64,000 bases of DNA, taken from Selaginella moellendorffii. Lineage: Eukaryota; Plantae; Lycopodiophyta. The notes under the pieces are model-generated. The model did not search any database and was not told the DNA's origin. It saw nothing but the letters and a program-made list of their open reading frames with translations. The stretch lies in the NCBI RefSeq assembly GCF_000143415.4, contig NW_003314287.1, positions 1,257,374 to 1,321,373 on the forward strand. Reading direction: 5' to 3'. Each line of letters begins with the position of its first letter. Within the stretch, counting starts at the first letter, position 1. The position numbers were made by a program, and so were the translations under genes. This document shows positions 1 to 11,393 of this stretch, in pieces.

Positions 1-967
1 TGGAGAACTCTCCTGGAACAGTATCACACCAAGTTGAAATTCAGCACAACCTATCACCCACAGACAGGTATTGGGTATTAAATCAAGTTTGATGGCACTA
101 ACACTTCTTGACAAACAGACAAACGAAAAGGATGAATAGGCAGTTGGAGGATTATTTGTGATGCTATGTCTCGGGAGACCAAACCGATTGGGTAAGTCAT
201 TTGGGACTTGCGGAAATGTGTTATAATAACTCACCACATTCGAGTATCGGGGTGAGTCCATGGGAAGTCATCAATGGGCGAGCTATTGAAGGTCCTATGG
301 AACTCGGTGTGGCCGAGTATCATGGAGAGTTACCCACAGTGGAGGTATTCACGGTGGAAAGATTCAACATTTGGAATCTAGTGAGGGATTCCTTGGAACA
401 GGCTCAACAAAGGCAAACCAAGTATGCGAACCAGAAGCGCCGGGATGTAGAGTTCCAAGCTGGGGAGAAGGTGTGGCTGAACACCAAGAACCTCAGGCTA
501 CCAAGTGGGATCAGCCAAAAGTTGACCCAAAGGTAAAAATGCATATATTCCTGTAAATGAATTGATTTTGAGTTCCTTAAGCAGGTTTGCGGGGCTTTAC
601 AAGATTGAGGCACGAATTGGTAAAGTGGATTACTGTCTCCGACTTCCTCGAGAGATGGGGAAAATGCACCAAGTGTTCCACGTGAACTTACTCAAGCCGT
701 ACTTTGAGGATCCGCTTCGCAAAGGACCAAGTAAGACCTTTACCTAAGGTTATCCAAGGGGAAGAGGAATACGAAGTCGAGGCTATCCTCAATACGCACA
801 AGAGCAAGCGACAAGGACGCGCGGTGAGAGAGTTCCATGTGAAGTGGAAAGGATTTCCACACTGCAAAGCAATATGGGAACCGGAGGAGAACTTAATGAA
901 CGCGCGAGATGTAGTGGAGGAATTTCTACAAGGCAGAACTCTATGTACTTATGCAAAGTTCAATTAA
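1..967 (+). mobile_element. Ty3/gypsy (chromovirus) pol 3' end: integrase C-terminus, GPY/F region and chromodomain, disrupted
   Basis: Translations give STTYHPQT, AEMCYNNSPHSSIGVSP, VEFQAGEKVWL, HQVFHVNLLKPY and chromodomain EEEYEVEAIL...FHVKWKGFPH..IWEPEENL; reading frame is broken by insertions/frameshifts. Confidence 0.92.
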
Positions 968-977
968 AGTATCAATT

Positions 978-2517
978 TGTGAAGTTGAGCAATGGCATAT
1001 GTTGGGAGCCAAAGGCGCGCCAAAGGTAAGCTAAGCTAATTAGCATGGGTTAGCTAGGTTGACCAAGCGTAAAGAATTACGCCCAACTCCCCATGGGGAT
1101 GTTAAATCCGTAAACGTATTCTACGGAGGTTGGGTTTGAGTCCCAACCCCCTAGTAAAGCAAGGTTGGGTTCAATTCCCAACCCCATACTAGGGCGTGGT
1201 GGGGTGAGGGGTATAGGGACACTTATATTCCGTTGTCATGGGCTCTTGGCTAGGGAGGCTAACTTAGGCACACTGCTAAGTGGGGGGGATACCCCCAGAA
1301 ACATGGTCAACAAGTCATAGGATAAAAAGAGACTTTCGATGTGGGCATCAAACTTCTTCTATGGGTGGTGGAGTTGTAAGGAACCAACTCCCCGAGGTGT
1401 CGTAGGCTAAAGGATCCCCGAAAGTATGACCAAAATGACAAAGAGTTCATCGGATGGGACCGAGTTGGAGATTGAGTCCAAGACCGACTCTGAGACCGAG
1501 TTCGAGATAGAGTCCGGGATCGAGTCCCAGGCCGAATTGGAGACCGAATTCGAGACCGAGTTCAAGAAAGAGTCCGAGATCCGAATCGGGTCCGAGACTG
1601 AGTCCGAGGTCGAGTCCGAAGTCAAGTCGAAGATCGGGTCCAAGATCGGGTCCGAGATCGAGTCCGAGATCGAGTCTGGGACCGGGTCCGAAGTCGGGTC
1701 CGAGATCGAGTTCGAGACCAACTTCGAGTATTAATACGGGTCAAGGGGTGAAAGCCCAAAGCGTCTCCCATGGGGGGGGGGGGGGGGGGGCTGCAGGGGT
1801 TCCAAAAGTATAGTAGGGATAGTGAGGTCCAGAAACTAGTCTTGAAGGAACTCTCCAGTGGTGCTTCCAAACTGACTTGAGGTTAAGGCTGGGGTCGAGG
1901 GGCCTTGGGTGGGAGTGAGCATGGACTCGGGTGGGGCTAGAGGGGCCACCCAAGGAAGTGCTCAAGAGCAACTCCCACTCCTGAAAGGGAAACTAACTGT
2001 GGTGCTCCCGGCTCATGTGGAGTGGTGCCCCACTTGAGTATCTTGTGGCTCATTGGTCCTCGCCCTTCCTAGGGGCTTGGGCCTTCCCTTTGGGATAGAA
2101 GTGGGAGGTACCCATACTGGGCCGTTAGGCTACAGTGTTTCGCCCCGATGTCTCGAAGTAAGTGTTGCACCCAAGGCTTAGAATTTAGAGGGTCCCATGA
2201 TCAAGTCTTGTTGTACCAAGGGATGTTAGAAACTTGGAGGCTTGGTGTGCTTGGCTGCTTGTGCCTATGGGGAGTGTAGCCAAACCTTAAGTCTAGTCTA
2301 ACCCGGGGAGGGGGATTGGGAGAGATTTGGGAATCCGTGGATGGATGGATAACACTCCGTTGCTTGTGTAGTGAGTAGCTGAAATCAAGTAGGACCAAGT
2401 AGGAGCTGATACAATAGGCGGGAACCTTGGCGAGGGAATTTAGCAAAAGCCAAGGCAGTGTTGGTCAGATAGACAAGGTAAGCTGGCAAATTGGAAAGGA
2501 AAAATTTTTGGCTTACA
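978..2517 (+). mobile_element. LTR (family A), ~1.5 kb
   Basis: Ends ...GGCTTACA at 2517 and is followed 3 nt later by a tRNA-iMet PBS; its end, TATA-like TATAGTAGGGATAGTG motif (~1810) and internal hexamer repeat match the solo LTR at 36296-38062. 5' TG at 978 is tentative. Confidence 0.75.
1455..1728 (+). repeat. Degenerate 6-bp-period tandem repeat (GAGTCC/GAGATC/GAGACC) inside the LTR
   Basis: Directly visible; produces the low-complexity ORFs 1407-1721 and 1426-1734. Confidence 0.9.
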
Positions 2518-2520
2518 ATT

Positions 2521-2532
2521 TGGTATCAGAGC
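2521..2532 (+). other. Primer binding site (tRNA-iMet) TGGTATCAGAGC
   Basis: Canonical plant LTR-retrotransposon PBS just after the LTR end CA+ATT. Confidence 0.9.
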
Positions 2533-2576
2533 CTTTTCCTCAATTCTAGCGAAGGATAGAGGTGGATTGCTGGGAG

Positions 2577-2948
2577 ATGGCAAAGGCAGGGCGGAAACGA
2601 ACCAAGGCAGAGATAGAACCTTCGCCAGAGTTGGAGCCTCCAGTCGAACAAAAGGCTATGAATGAGGAATCTTTGCATGAGGAGGACTCTAGTGAGGAAA
2701 CTTCCAAATAGGAGTCTGGTGGCGAGATTTGATCGTCCAAGGCTTGATTGGACGTTCTAGAAGGACAATTGGCACAGACCAATGCTCTGCTGGAGACTCT
2801 CGTACGCAAGCTGAAGCGTGACAAAAAGCGAAAGAAAAAGCGAAAGACTGCAGATGCTAGTAGCGCAAAAGGTGCGGACCCTTTGATAGGGATTGAGGCT
2901 GAACCAAAGTAAGTTGGCAAATTGGAAAGGAAAAATTTATGGCTTACA
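2577..2948 (+). mobile_element. Truncated gag-like 5' fragment joined directly to a second copy of the LTR 3' end
   Basis: ATG GCA AAG GCA GGG CGG... with in-frame stops; 2908-2948 (GTAAGTTGGCAAATTGGAAAGGAAAAATTTATGGCTTACA) repeats 2478-2517. Confidence 0.7.
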
Positions 2949-3406
2949 AAGAAGTGGAAAAGGCAATGTCTTATAATGTTGTGCTAAGTGAAGAGTATTG
3001 TCAAGAGTGGCATACACAAATATTACAAAATCTTGACGAAGTGCTAATTACAACATTCCCAATTTAGTCCGCTCTAACATGTTTTACTCTACACAAAGTA
3101 ATAAACTTCAAAAATGAAGCCAAATTGCATCATGGACTCAAATGGCATTTGATGAAAATGATATAATTGTTAGAAGGCATCATCACAATCGTTAACATGG
3201 CTAAATGCATATTTGAAGATGCTTCAATCCCCACGAGTGTTTGTACTCAAACCATTGTACCATTGCAATGCTGTCTTTTGAAGACACATGGGAAATTTAC
3301 ACAAACGCTAAACATCATCTTAAGAATGATATATAACAATCATTATAAAGTGATCAAACCAAAGGTATATATTATCCTTAGGACTCTGTAGCACATGTGA
3401 TCATGG

Positions 3407-4043
3407 GATGAGATTTGGATATACTGTCACTATGGATCCTTGGAACCTTGAGGGATAAATGGGGATAAAATAGCCACTAAGGGCTCTCTCATCAAACAAT
3501 TGCCCCTTTTCCAATTGGCTTAATGGGAGAGAGATAAGGTGCGCTAGAGTTGGTATCGGAGCAAATGGCACGGGTTTGATTCCCATTGATTAATGGCTAC
3601 TTAAAATATAATATACCCTTGAGCAAGGTATATTCTTACCCCTAAATTTGAAATTGTATGTATTGGGCATCCATGCGTACGTCCTTCCTTTTATGTGGAG
3701 TATCCACAGACGAAGGTATCCGACATCCATGTGTACGTCCTTCCTCTTGTGTGGAGTATCCACAGACGAAGGTATCCGACATCCATGCGTACGTCCTTCC
3801 TTTTGTGTAGAGTATCCACAGACGAAAGTATCCACTGTGGGATTGCAATATAGGTGAATGACTAATTGCCTCACATGGAATAATTAATCTACACAATGGA
3901 AAGATTGGTAGATTCAGTACGGAAATGGAGGTGAGATTTGGATATACTATCACTGTGAATCTTTGAAACCTTGGGGGATAAATGGGGATAAAATAGCCAT
4001 TAAGGGCTCTCTCATCAAGCAATTGCCCTTTTTCCAGTTGGCT
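3407..4043 (+). repeat. ~115-bp direct repeat pair (3407-3521 and 3929-4043) flanking the minisatellite
   Basis: GAGATTTGGATATACT...GGGATAAATGGGGATAAAATAGCCA..AAGGGCTCTCTCATCAA.CAATTGCCC.TTTTCCA.TTGGCT occurs twice. Confidence 0.85.
3668..3835 (+). repeat. Minisatellite, 3 x 56 bp
   Basis: Units start at 3668, 3724 and 3780 (CATCCATGCGTACGTCCTTCC...CCACAGACGAAGGTATCCGA). Confidence 0.92.
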
Positions 4044-4231
4044 ACAGAATCCCACGGAAAAATTATGAGGATTGGCAACAAAATCAAAAAGAGTTGTATT
4101 AGAAAAAAGAAAAAAAAATGGAAAGAGATATAAGGAAAGGGAGATTTAAATGATGCAAAAACTAAATCTAAACCAAAACCCCAAATCCAAACACTCCTCA
4201 AAGACAATCAAAACTACCTTTCTCCTCCACC

Positions 4232-4390
4232 AATGTGAATGTATGAAATATAGAAATGAAATATAGAAATGTGTATATTAATTAGCCCAGAAAACTTTAG
4301 TTTATATACAGGAGCAAGTGGTCCAAATTTAAACCAATTTAATATCTATTAAAATCCCATTATGATAATATTCATTATAGCCATACACTT
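4232..4390 (+). repeat. Dispersed ~160-bp AT-rich repeat; further copies at ~12228-12355 and ~12952-13112
   Basis: CCAATGTGA...AAATGAAATATA.AAAT.TG.ATAT.AATTA.CCC..AAA.CTTTAGTTTATATA.AGGAGCAAGTGGTCCA.ATT.AAAC shared by the copies. Confidence 0.75.
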
Positions 4391-5011
4391 AGACCTCACA
4401 TTGTTATTTTTTATTAATGACCAGTCTTTTTATATTATTTTGATTTACTATTATATTTTCTTTAGCTCTTATTTTTACAAATTTTGAAATTCTAACTATA
4501 TTATTTGTTCTGGATTACATCTTTTAATACTCTATCCGCTCCATTTACTACTCCATCTTCTATTGTTATATTTTGGATTATTTCAATTATTATTTTCTTT
4601 AAATGTAATTTTTATGTAATCCTTGTGTTTTTCTTGTGTCAGTCTGACATGTATAGGACAAATGCTTCAAATGTAGGGTTTAAGATAAAAATCACTTATA
4701 CAATCCATCCCACCAAAGTCTATTTCATATGTTGTTTTGAAGCTTTTACATCTTTTATGTATATTCTGTACTACTGAAATGGCGTGTGATCACACGCCAT
4801 CGGAACCACCCCATGCCACTGTTGAGCCAGTTGTACCAGAGTCTACAGCTGAAATGGCATGTGCCCACACGCCATCGGATGCGATTGACCCCACATTGCA
4901 GAGGAGAGTATTTCCGCCCTTCACGTTTCCTTGACCAAAACCCTTTCAACGACCATCGGGAGCACCATTCGCTAATATTGTAGATGGTAAAATTGACTTG
5001 TACCATTTTTT

Positions 5012-5895
5012 ATGCTGACGCATTTCATTTCAGAGTCACGGCGAAGGTACTGTATCGTTTTTAATCTGAATGGTGTCCTTTTCTCCCATGAGCGTGGCTC
5101 GTCCTCGAATGTCACTGCACCCTCCAAAGCCTACGGTCGCAAGTTGGTCAAAAGAAACAGATTCACATTAATCACACGAGAGAAACTGCAGGATCTAATA
5201 ATGACCATGCGATACTTAAAACAGAGGGCCAGGTTCAATTTGCAATTGGGAGTTTGGACATCCATGATGCGCCACAATGCATTAACGTTGCTACAGATGA
5301 TGCACGATCAGACGCGAGTAATATTACCATTTGACTTTCTCCTAACGCAGGAGGATTGCTTGACTATGGTCCATGTGAGGGGTAGCAAGCCCATCTTCGT
5401 CAAGCCAGAGGCTGTAGTGATGAATCGGACTGCTAGGTCAAGTGAAATTCTCATCATCGATAACTCGCCAATTAAAATGCAGTGAACACGCACACATATG
5501 CAATGCACCCCATCTCTTGCAGTATGGAAACTAGGGAGAAGAAACTATATGTTCTGGGGGACCTTGCAAAACGGCTTGGAGCGATGGTGATAGAGAACCG
5601 GCCAGTGCAAGAGGTGGCTGCAAAAATCAACCAAATGGCAGATGGAACAGTATATCAGAAGCCATTTGATCAGACAGACACCAGTCATCATTTATGGCAT
5701 GTATATTGTCTAGCCAAGCACTATCCACATCTCCATAATCTGCTCAACCGGATGGGTTCTTCGACCACTAAACATGAGCGTGGACGTATTAGAGAAAAGA
5801 TGGCATTACTATTGGGTTTAAATCCTGATAGTGTGGAGAGTGATGAAATTCCAAGATTATTGTATAGGCGTTGGAGGCAAAAAATAACAGTCTGA
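5012..5895 (+). pseudogene. FCP1-homology/NIF (HAD superfamily) phosphatase-like sequence, frameshifted
   Basis: Motif order IVFNLNGVL, LGVWTSM..HN, FLLTQEDC, KPIFVK, ILIIDNSPIK, then a frameshift into NTHTYAMHP, as in plant NIF/FCP1-like HAD proteins; first catalytic Asp is Asn. Confidence 0.65.
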
Positions 5896-6339
5896 GATGG
5901 CATGTATTTATTTAAAAATGTAACTTATTATGGCATGGGGTCCATGCCATTGTATTAATATTAAAAGACAATTTTTTGAGAGGATTTGCATTATACTAGA
6001 AGTGTTACAACATGTTATTGGAAGTCTACGAAGTTGTTTTATTAATAAGGGGAAAGTAAAGATTGAATGGGGACTTGGGCTCCACCTAGACTCGGAGCAA
6101 TTGAGTCAATATCAAAAGGATGGAAAGAAATTAGACGACGATGACAAGGAGAAAAGAGAGGTGAAGTAGTGGCAGGGGGAGGAGAAGTGATTGAGTAGAC
6201 ATTTCCTTGTTTAAAATAAAATGGCATGTGCCTCAATGCAGTTGAATTTTGTTATATTTATATACTATATAAAGGTTTGGAAACCTTATTTTACAAGTGG
6301 GATAATGACAATTCCCACTTTAACGAAATAGAGCTTGTA

Positions 6340-7150
6340 GCATTTATATTCTTACCAATGATAATTTATCTATAGCTAAGCATTTTATTGTTGATAACTT
6401 TCTTTTATATTTAACTAATGTATCATTAGCTAATACTGTTTGACAATGTTTTCATGCTTCTGGTTGAAATGCAAAAGTTGAATATATTGTTGAACCATTT
6501 ATATTACAAGTTGCTTTTCTTATAAATGCTAATATTGTTTGTTCTTGTTCAATATTTATATCTTGGTTTCTTTATAGTTTATAAATGTATCCAAAAGTAT
6601 GTAATTTCTAGTTCCTGCCACTCTTCTTTACTGTTTATTAGGTTATTTCATTTTTTATAATATGAAGTCATCATATATTATTCTTTTCTTTTGATTTAAG
6701 ATTCTTAATAATTGCCTTGTATTGTAAGTGTTTTTATATATTAATATTTATTATTTAAATTTTATATTTAATTTACATTTAATTGAATATACATGTTTCA
6801 ATATCAAATTCATCTGTTTAGTTTATATTTATTTCTTGTGCTTGTTGTTTTAATATTTTATTTGTATGCATTAATGTATGTTGTATACAGTTTTTAAGAC
6901 CTTATTTTCAAATATATATTCAGTTATTATCTCTGCTAATGTTAACACCTCTAATTCTTCTGGTCTTTAGATATATTTTTCAATTTCTCCTGGCACTTAT
7001 ATCTTTTTCTTACAATTTTGCAAGGTCTTGTTTTGATTTTATGCTTCTTGTTTGTTATTCCTTTAGTTTGGTATCACATGTGATGAAAAAGGATTGATAA
7101 TATTACAAAAATTACTTGTTGAATTGGCATTTCTCTAGCACATATGAAGT
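6340..7150 (-). mobile_element. Decayed Helitron/Helentron RepHel fragment (Rep-helicase linker and PIF1 N-terminal motifs)
   Basis: Manual minus-strand translation: AREMPIQQVIFVILS (REVSAQEA-like), EKYI*RPEELEVLTLAE, VAGTR (Walker A relic), LAFIRKATCNINGSTIYSTF (PIF1 motif Ia, APTGKAA.NI.G.TIHS) and LAIDKLSLV (Walker B IIDEISMV), in the correct order. Confidence 0.7.
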
Positions 7151-8141
7151 TATTTCCTAATAATCACATTATATTTAAATAAATAAATCACAAAAATAGA
7201 AAGATAAAATAAGTAGAAAAGTATTAAAATAAAATGAATACTATAAGTTATTTCAAAAAAACTTATTAAATTATTTATTCTTTTACTTTTTATTTAAAGA
7301 GAATTAGAGTGTCAATGAAATTACAAAACAGAAATCATAGAGTTAAATCAAGATGATTGTGAATGTAATATTATGATGAGGGCTTATTAAAATTATTCCT
7401 TGAGAACTTCTTTAGCGTAAATAGATTTTCATATTTACCAGCCTAAAATAAACCTTAAACTCTTATTATTATGAACTCAGTTTTTCATTTCACTTTATAA
7501 TAATTGTAAATATCTAAAAGCAAAAAAATGTAACTTACGCTAAAAACTTTTGTAACAGTGTGTAAGATAAGTTCTAAGAACCGAAAGTTTGCTCGCAAAA
7601 ATAGCTCTTTGTCATAAGCCGGGAGAATAGGTTGGCAGATGGTAGCATCCATCACCTACACTTCCAGATTGCTTCCAGATTGCTTTGTTAACGGCAGAAT
7701 TGACAGCAAAGGCTATGCCGACATACTTTGTTGCAGTTTTCTATCCTGCTTTCCAGTTCGTTCACTCTGTCCCAGCTTCATTTATCCTACGGCTCACCTC
7801 GTCTGATACTTCGTTAAGTTCTCATTTCCGTGTTCCACTCACCCCATTCAACCTCAGAGCCTCCCCTCTAATACAAAACCAGTGCCTTGGCAGCAGCATC
7901 TACAAGAAATTTACGCACTACAAACAGATACAATTATATCACCTTTCCAGTTTAGACCGTCTCCACCAAGCACTTGAGCCGTTCGACTTCATTCAAAAGG
8001 TTTGATGCTTGGTTCTTTTGCTCGACACGTTCCTTAATTCCAGCCAGGCTAAACACCTGCTCGATTAGGCCAACTGGGAAAAAAAGATTTATCAAGCAAA
8101 AACAGGCAAAAGCATAAAAGCAGCTTACCAGCATGTAATCT

Positions 8142-9050
8142 CTATTGTGTCAGCTTCTGTTTATACCATGTGACCACCTGGCATAAGAAATCTTGTGCTT
8201 TGAACAGGACATCCTCAAACTCGCAGGTACTTTTGTTGTCCCCTCCGAAAAAAGATTCCACCTCGCTTGCCATTTGCACTTTCACACTGTACTCCGCTGC
8301 TGTCAATTCAATCAGTGCTGGTGGCTTTAGAGTGAGCTCCTTTTGTGGCTTCATGGTTGCACCATATGTTGCATCGTGTTTGTAAACAGCCATCGGATGA
8401 GCACTTCCAGTGTGTAGAACTCTGATCTTCTCAACAAAGTGCTGGAGACCCTCTCTGCTCTTGACAATCCCTGTTTCCTTTTCGAACGTGCCGACTACTG
8501 CATCTAACAGCACGTTGATTTTCTCGAAGTTGTCTCCCTCTTGTTCCACATGAGAGGAGAACCTTGGAAAAGTAACAAGGTCTTGTTAGAGCTTGCTCAA
8601 GACCCATTTACTTCCTTGTATCTTCTTTTCGCTGATGACGAAATTTTGCCCATCCACTTTGAGTCTCCTGGACAGTGCGTCCGCCACCACTTGCTGCAAC
8701 TTCCAGTTCATGCACCTCAAAACCATATCCAAAATATCTGTGGCACACAGGCATCGACTCGTCCCCCTTGTTGTACAGACGAGGGGCTCCATTGCTGTTA
8801 TTCTTCACTCCATCTGTGCGATTTTTTCTGTGAGCAAGGCAAACTGCACCGCCGTCCTTGCCTCCGTCCTTGCATACCACAGACAGCTATGCCAGGCTTC
8901 AATCTGAAATCTTCAGGTTGTTTGGTACAAGCAGCAGCATTTTGTTGCCAGGCCTCCAGCCTTGCTCCAGCAGTGGGTATCCGAAGCTCGGCTTAAGACC
9001 AATATCTAGATGTCTGTGCTTTCTCGCTTGCCCTGACTCACCCTTCCATT
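8142..9050 (-). pseudogene. Orphan gene, paralog of 10424-11356, with in-frame stops
   Basis: Aligns colinearly with the 310-aa ORF (PEDFRLK, AMEPLV, WKLQ.VV.D.L..L.V.GQ.F, NF.K.NV.LDA, MKPQ..L.LK.P, WYK.KL); stops at ~8586 and ~8805. Confidence 0.8.
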
Positions 9051-9455
9051 AGACTTGTGCCCCATCAATATCCTGGGAAAAGAATGCAGTACAAGGTTTA
9101 ACTCTTGGAACAATATAAGCTTGTATACCTGCTGTAACTCACCCATGCTAGGACCAGCTTTAGCTTCAAACATGAGTTGCTCTCTCTTCCTGGACGCCTC
9201 CACCTAGAAAAACAATTGAGCAGGTTTGAAGGTTTAACTCTTGAAATGACCTATCCATACCTGCTGGACTCACTCTCTGGACGCTTCTGCCTCATCACTA
9301 GGCCAAGAGCTTGGACATTCTTCACCTCCTTGGGGCTACGTTTTGTCAGTATGTTGAGACTCCCAAGATCACCAGCCTGGAGGAGTTCCAGATGTTGATA
9401 CTAGTGACACACAGCACGTATGTAAGCTTATATTATTTTCAAATTTGAACTGTAA

Positions 9456-9742
9456 CCTTGTGGGAGATGGGGGTTACAACACCAATGTTTCTAAGACTAG
9501 CACATATAAGTGATGGGTAGAAAATCCTCTACATATCTAGTGTAGAAACCAAACGACATAATTGGGCAAAAATGATCACATGGAGTCGAGAGTTTTGGGC
9601 TTTTTGTCCATTGCTTGGCAAACCCTAAAACTCTGGACTCCTTGTGATCATTTCTACTCAACTATGTTACACTAGATATGTAAAAGGTTTTCTGCCCATT
9701 ACTTATATGCACCGGTCTCAAAAACACCCATCTCCCACAAGG
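9456..9742. repeat. Long imperfect inverted repeat (~130-bp arms, ~25-nt loop)
   Basis: CCTTGTGGGAGATGGG...CATATAAGTGATGGGTAGAAAA...ATGATCACATGGAGTC.AGAGTTTTGGG pairs with CCCTAAAACTCTGGACTCCTTGTGATCAT...TTTTCTGCCCATTACTTATATG...CCCATCTCCCACAAGG. Confidence 0.85.
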
Positions 9743-10423
9743 AGGCAGCATCACAACACATTGCTAAGCAAAACATCACTAATCTGCTAAACAGGATGGA
9801 GGCAAGATGTTATGAATAAGAAACCTAAACTAATTGCCTTATATGTGCCAATTTTAGAGACACTAGTGTTGTAACTCCAAGGACACAGCATCACAAGACG
9901 AGCAAGCTTGAGGCGAGCACTACAAATGAGAAACCCTAAACTGCTTGCACTGGTGTTTCAAGACATTGAATGTTTATATGAAAATTTCCATTGTAAATAA
10001 TATATGAATGAAAAACCCTAAACTTATGCACCGACCCATCAGTGAGAAACCCTAACCTCATTGCCCCAATGATTAGAGGAATTCATTGCTAAGTTGATTT
10101 AACTTAATCTGAATAATGTTCTATATTTATGAATAATTCTTGGTTTACTTCAAAATCATAAAACTCTAAATGTTTGCTTGTAATATAAGTTTCTAAAAAT
10201 CACAAAAATATCAAGCATGAAGTAAAAAGAGATATTTTGTTTATTAGATTAGCATTTTAACTTAATTTTTAAACATCAATGATTTGAGGGCCGCTTTCAG
10301 CCTTGAAAAGATTGCTGGTATCATTAGGGCAATCAGTTTTTAAGGGTTTCCTTTCCTTTCCAGCAGAATCCCGATAGAGTGTGCGGCAGGCAGCGCACCA
10401 GTGGCAGTGAGTAGCGCTTAGCA

Positions 10424-11356
10424 ATGTCTTCCGATGCAATGCCAAAACTAGGTATTTTGGGCAAGGGGAAGCACAATCACTTGGACAGCGAAGAAAAAGC
10501 AAGGAAATGTAGGTGGCAGGAAGAACGTCCAGATCCGGCTTGGCAGAAAGCTACTTCTCGTAGCAGACAACCTGAAGACTTCAGATTGAAGTCTGGCATA
10601 TGTGCTTGTGTGGGTCAATATGGAAGGACGGAGGCGGGGTTTGCATTGCTCACACAGCAGATTGCACGCTTGGAGGCGAGAATATCAGCTATGGAGCCCC
10701 TTGTATTTTCTTCTAGGGGGATTACTATATGCCAGTGTGCAGCAGGTGTTTTGGATGTGGCTATGAAGACCATGGATTGGAAGCTACAAGAAGTTGTGGT
10801 TGATGTGCTGTTTGCAAAACTTGAAGTCAAAGGGCAGAAGTTCATCGTTAGCAGGAAAGAGTTGCAAGGAACTAAGCAAGTCATGAAGAAACTCCAACAG
10901 GACTTCATTTCATTTTCAAGATTTTTCCATCACGTTCAGAGACAGGGAGAAAATTTTGACAAGGTAAATGTTATCTTGGATGCAGCAACTGTTGCATTTG
11001 AGAAACAGACAGGGATTGAGGGAAGCAGGCAGGGTTTTCAACATTATCTTATCAAGATCAAAGGTCTGTGTGTTGGAGGTGTTAATGCTATGGCTCTCTA
11101 CAAGTATGATTCAAATTACAGTGACGCAATGAAGCCTCAAGAAATGCTTGCTCTGAAGCGACCAAAGATGATCAAGTTATCACTAGCAGACAACACTCTC
11201 AAGTTGCAACTAACAAGTGAGATTAAACATTTTTTGGAAGAAGACAATGGCAGAAGTACCAGTGAGCTTGAGAGTGCTATCCTAGAAGCAAAAGTATTTT
11301 TGGGCCAAGTGCTGAAGTGGTATAAGAACAAGCTGAAAGAGAACTTGGAGGAGTAG
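10424..11356 (+). CDS. Uncharacterised 310-aa protein (lineage-specific family, probably helical)
   Basis: Uninterrupted ORF with amino-acid-level conservation against the paralog at 8142-9050; no recognisable domain; true start may be in an upstream exon. Confidence 0.65.
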   Translation: MSSDAMPKLGILGKGKHNHLDSEEKARKCRWQEERPDPAWQKATSRSRQPEDFRLKSGICACVGQYGRTEAGFALLTQQIARLEARISAMEPLVFSSRGITICQCAAGVLDVAMKTMDWKLQEVVVDVLFAKLEVKGQKFIVSRKELQGTKQVMKKLQQDFISFSRFFHHVQRQGENFDKVNVILDAATVAFEKQTGIEGSRQGFQHYLIKIKGLCVGGVNAMALYKYDSNYSDAMKPQEMLALKRPKMIKLSLADNTLKLQLTSEIKHFLEEDNGRSTSELESAILEAKVFLGQVLKWYKNKLKENLEE

Positions 11357-11393
11357 AGATTTTATGCTGGTGCTATTCTTGCTTTTGTATATA

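Noticed and set aside
1407-1734. Ser/Asp- and Glu-rich ORFs here and at 37042-37851
   Set aside because: Translations of hexamer tandem repeats within LTRs.
3668-3835. CRISPR-like appearance of regularly spaced repeats
   Set aside because: Units are contiguous 56-bp tandem copies with no unique spacers; eukaryotic context with no cas genes.
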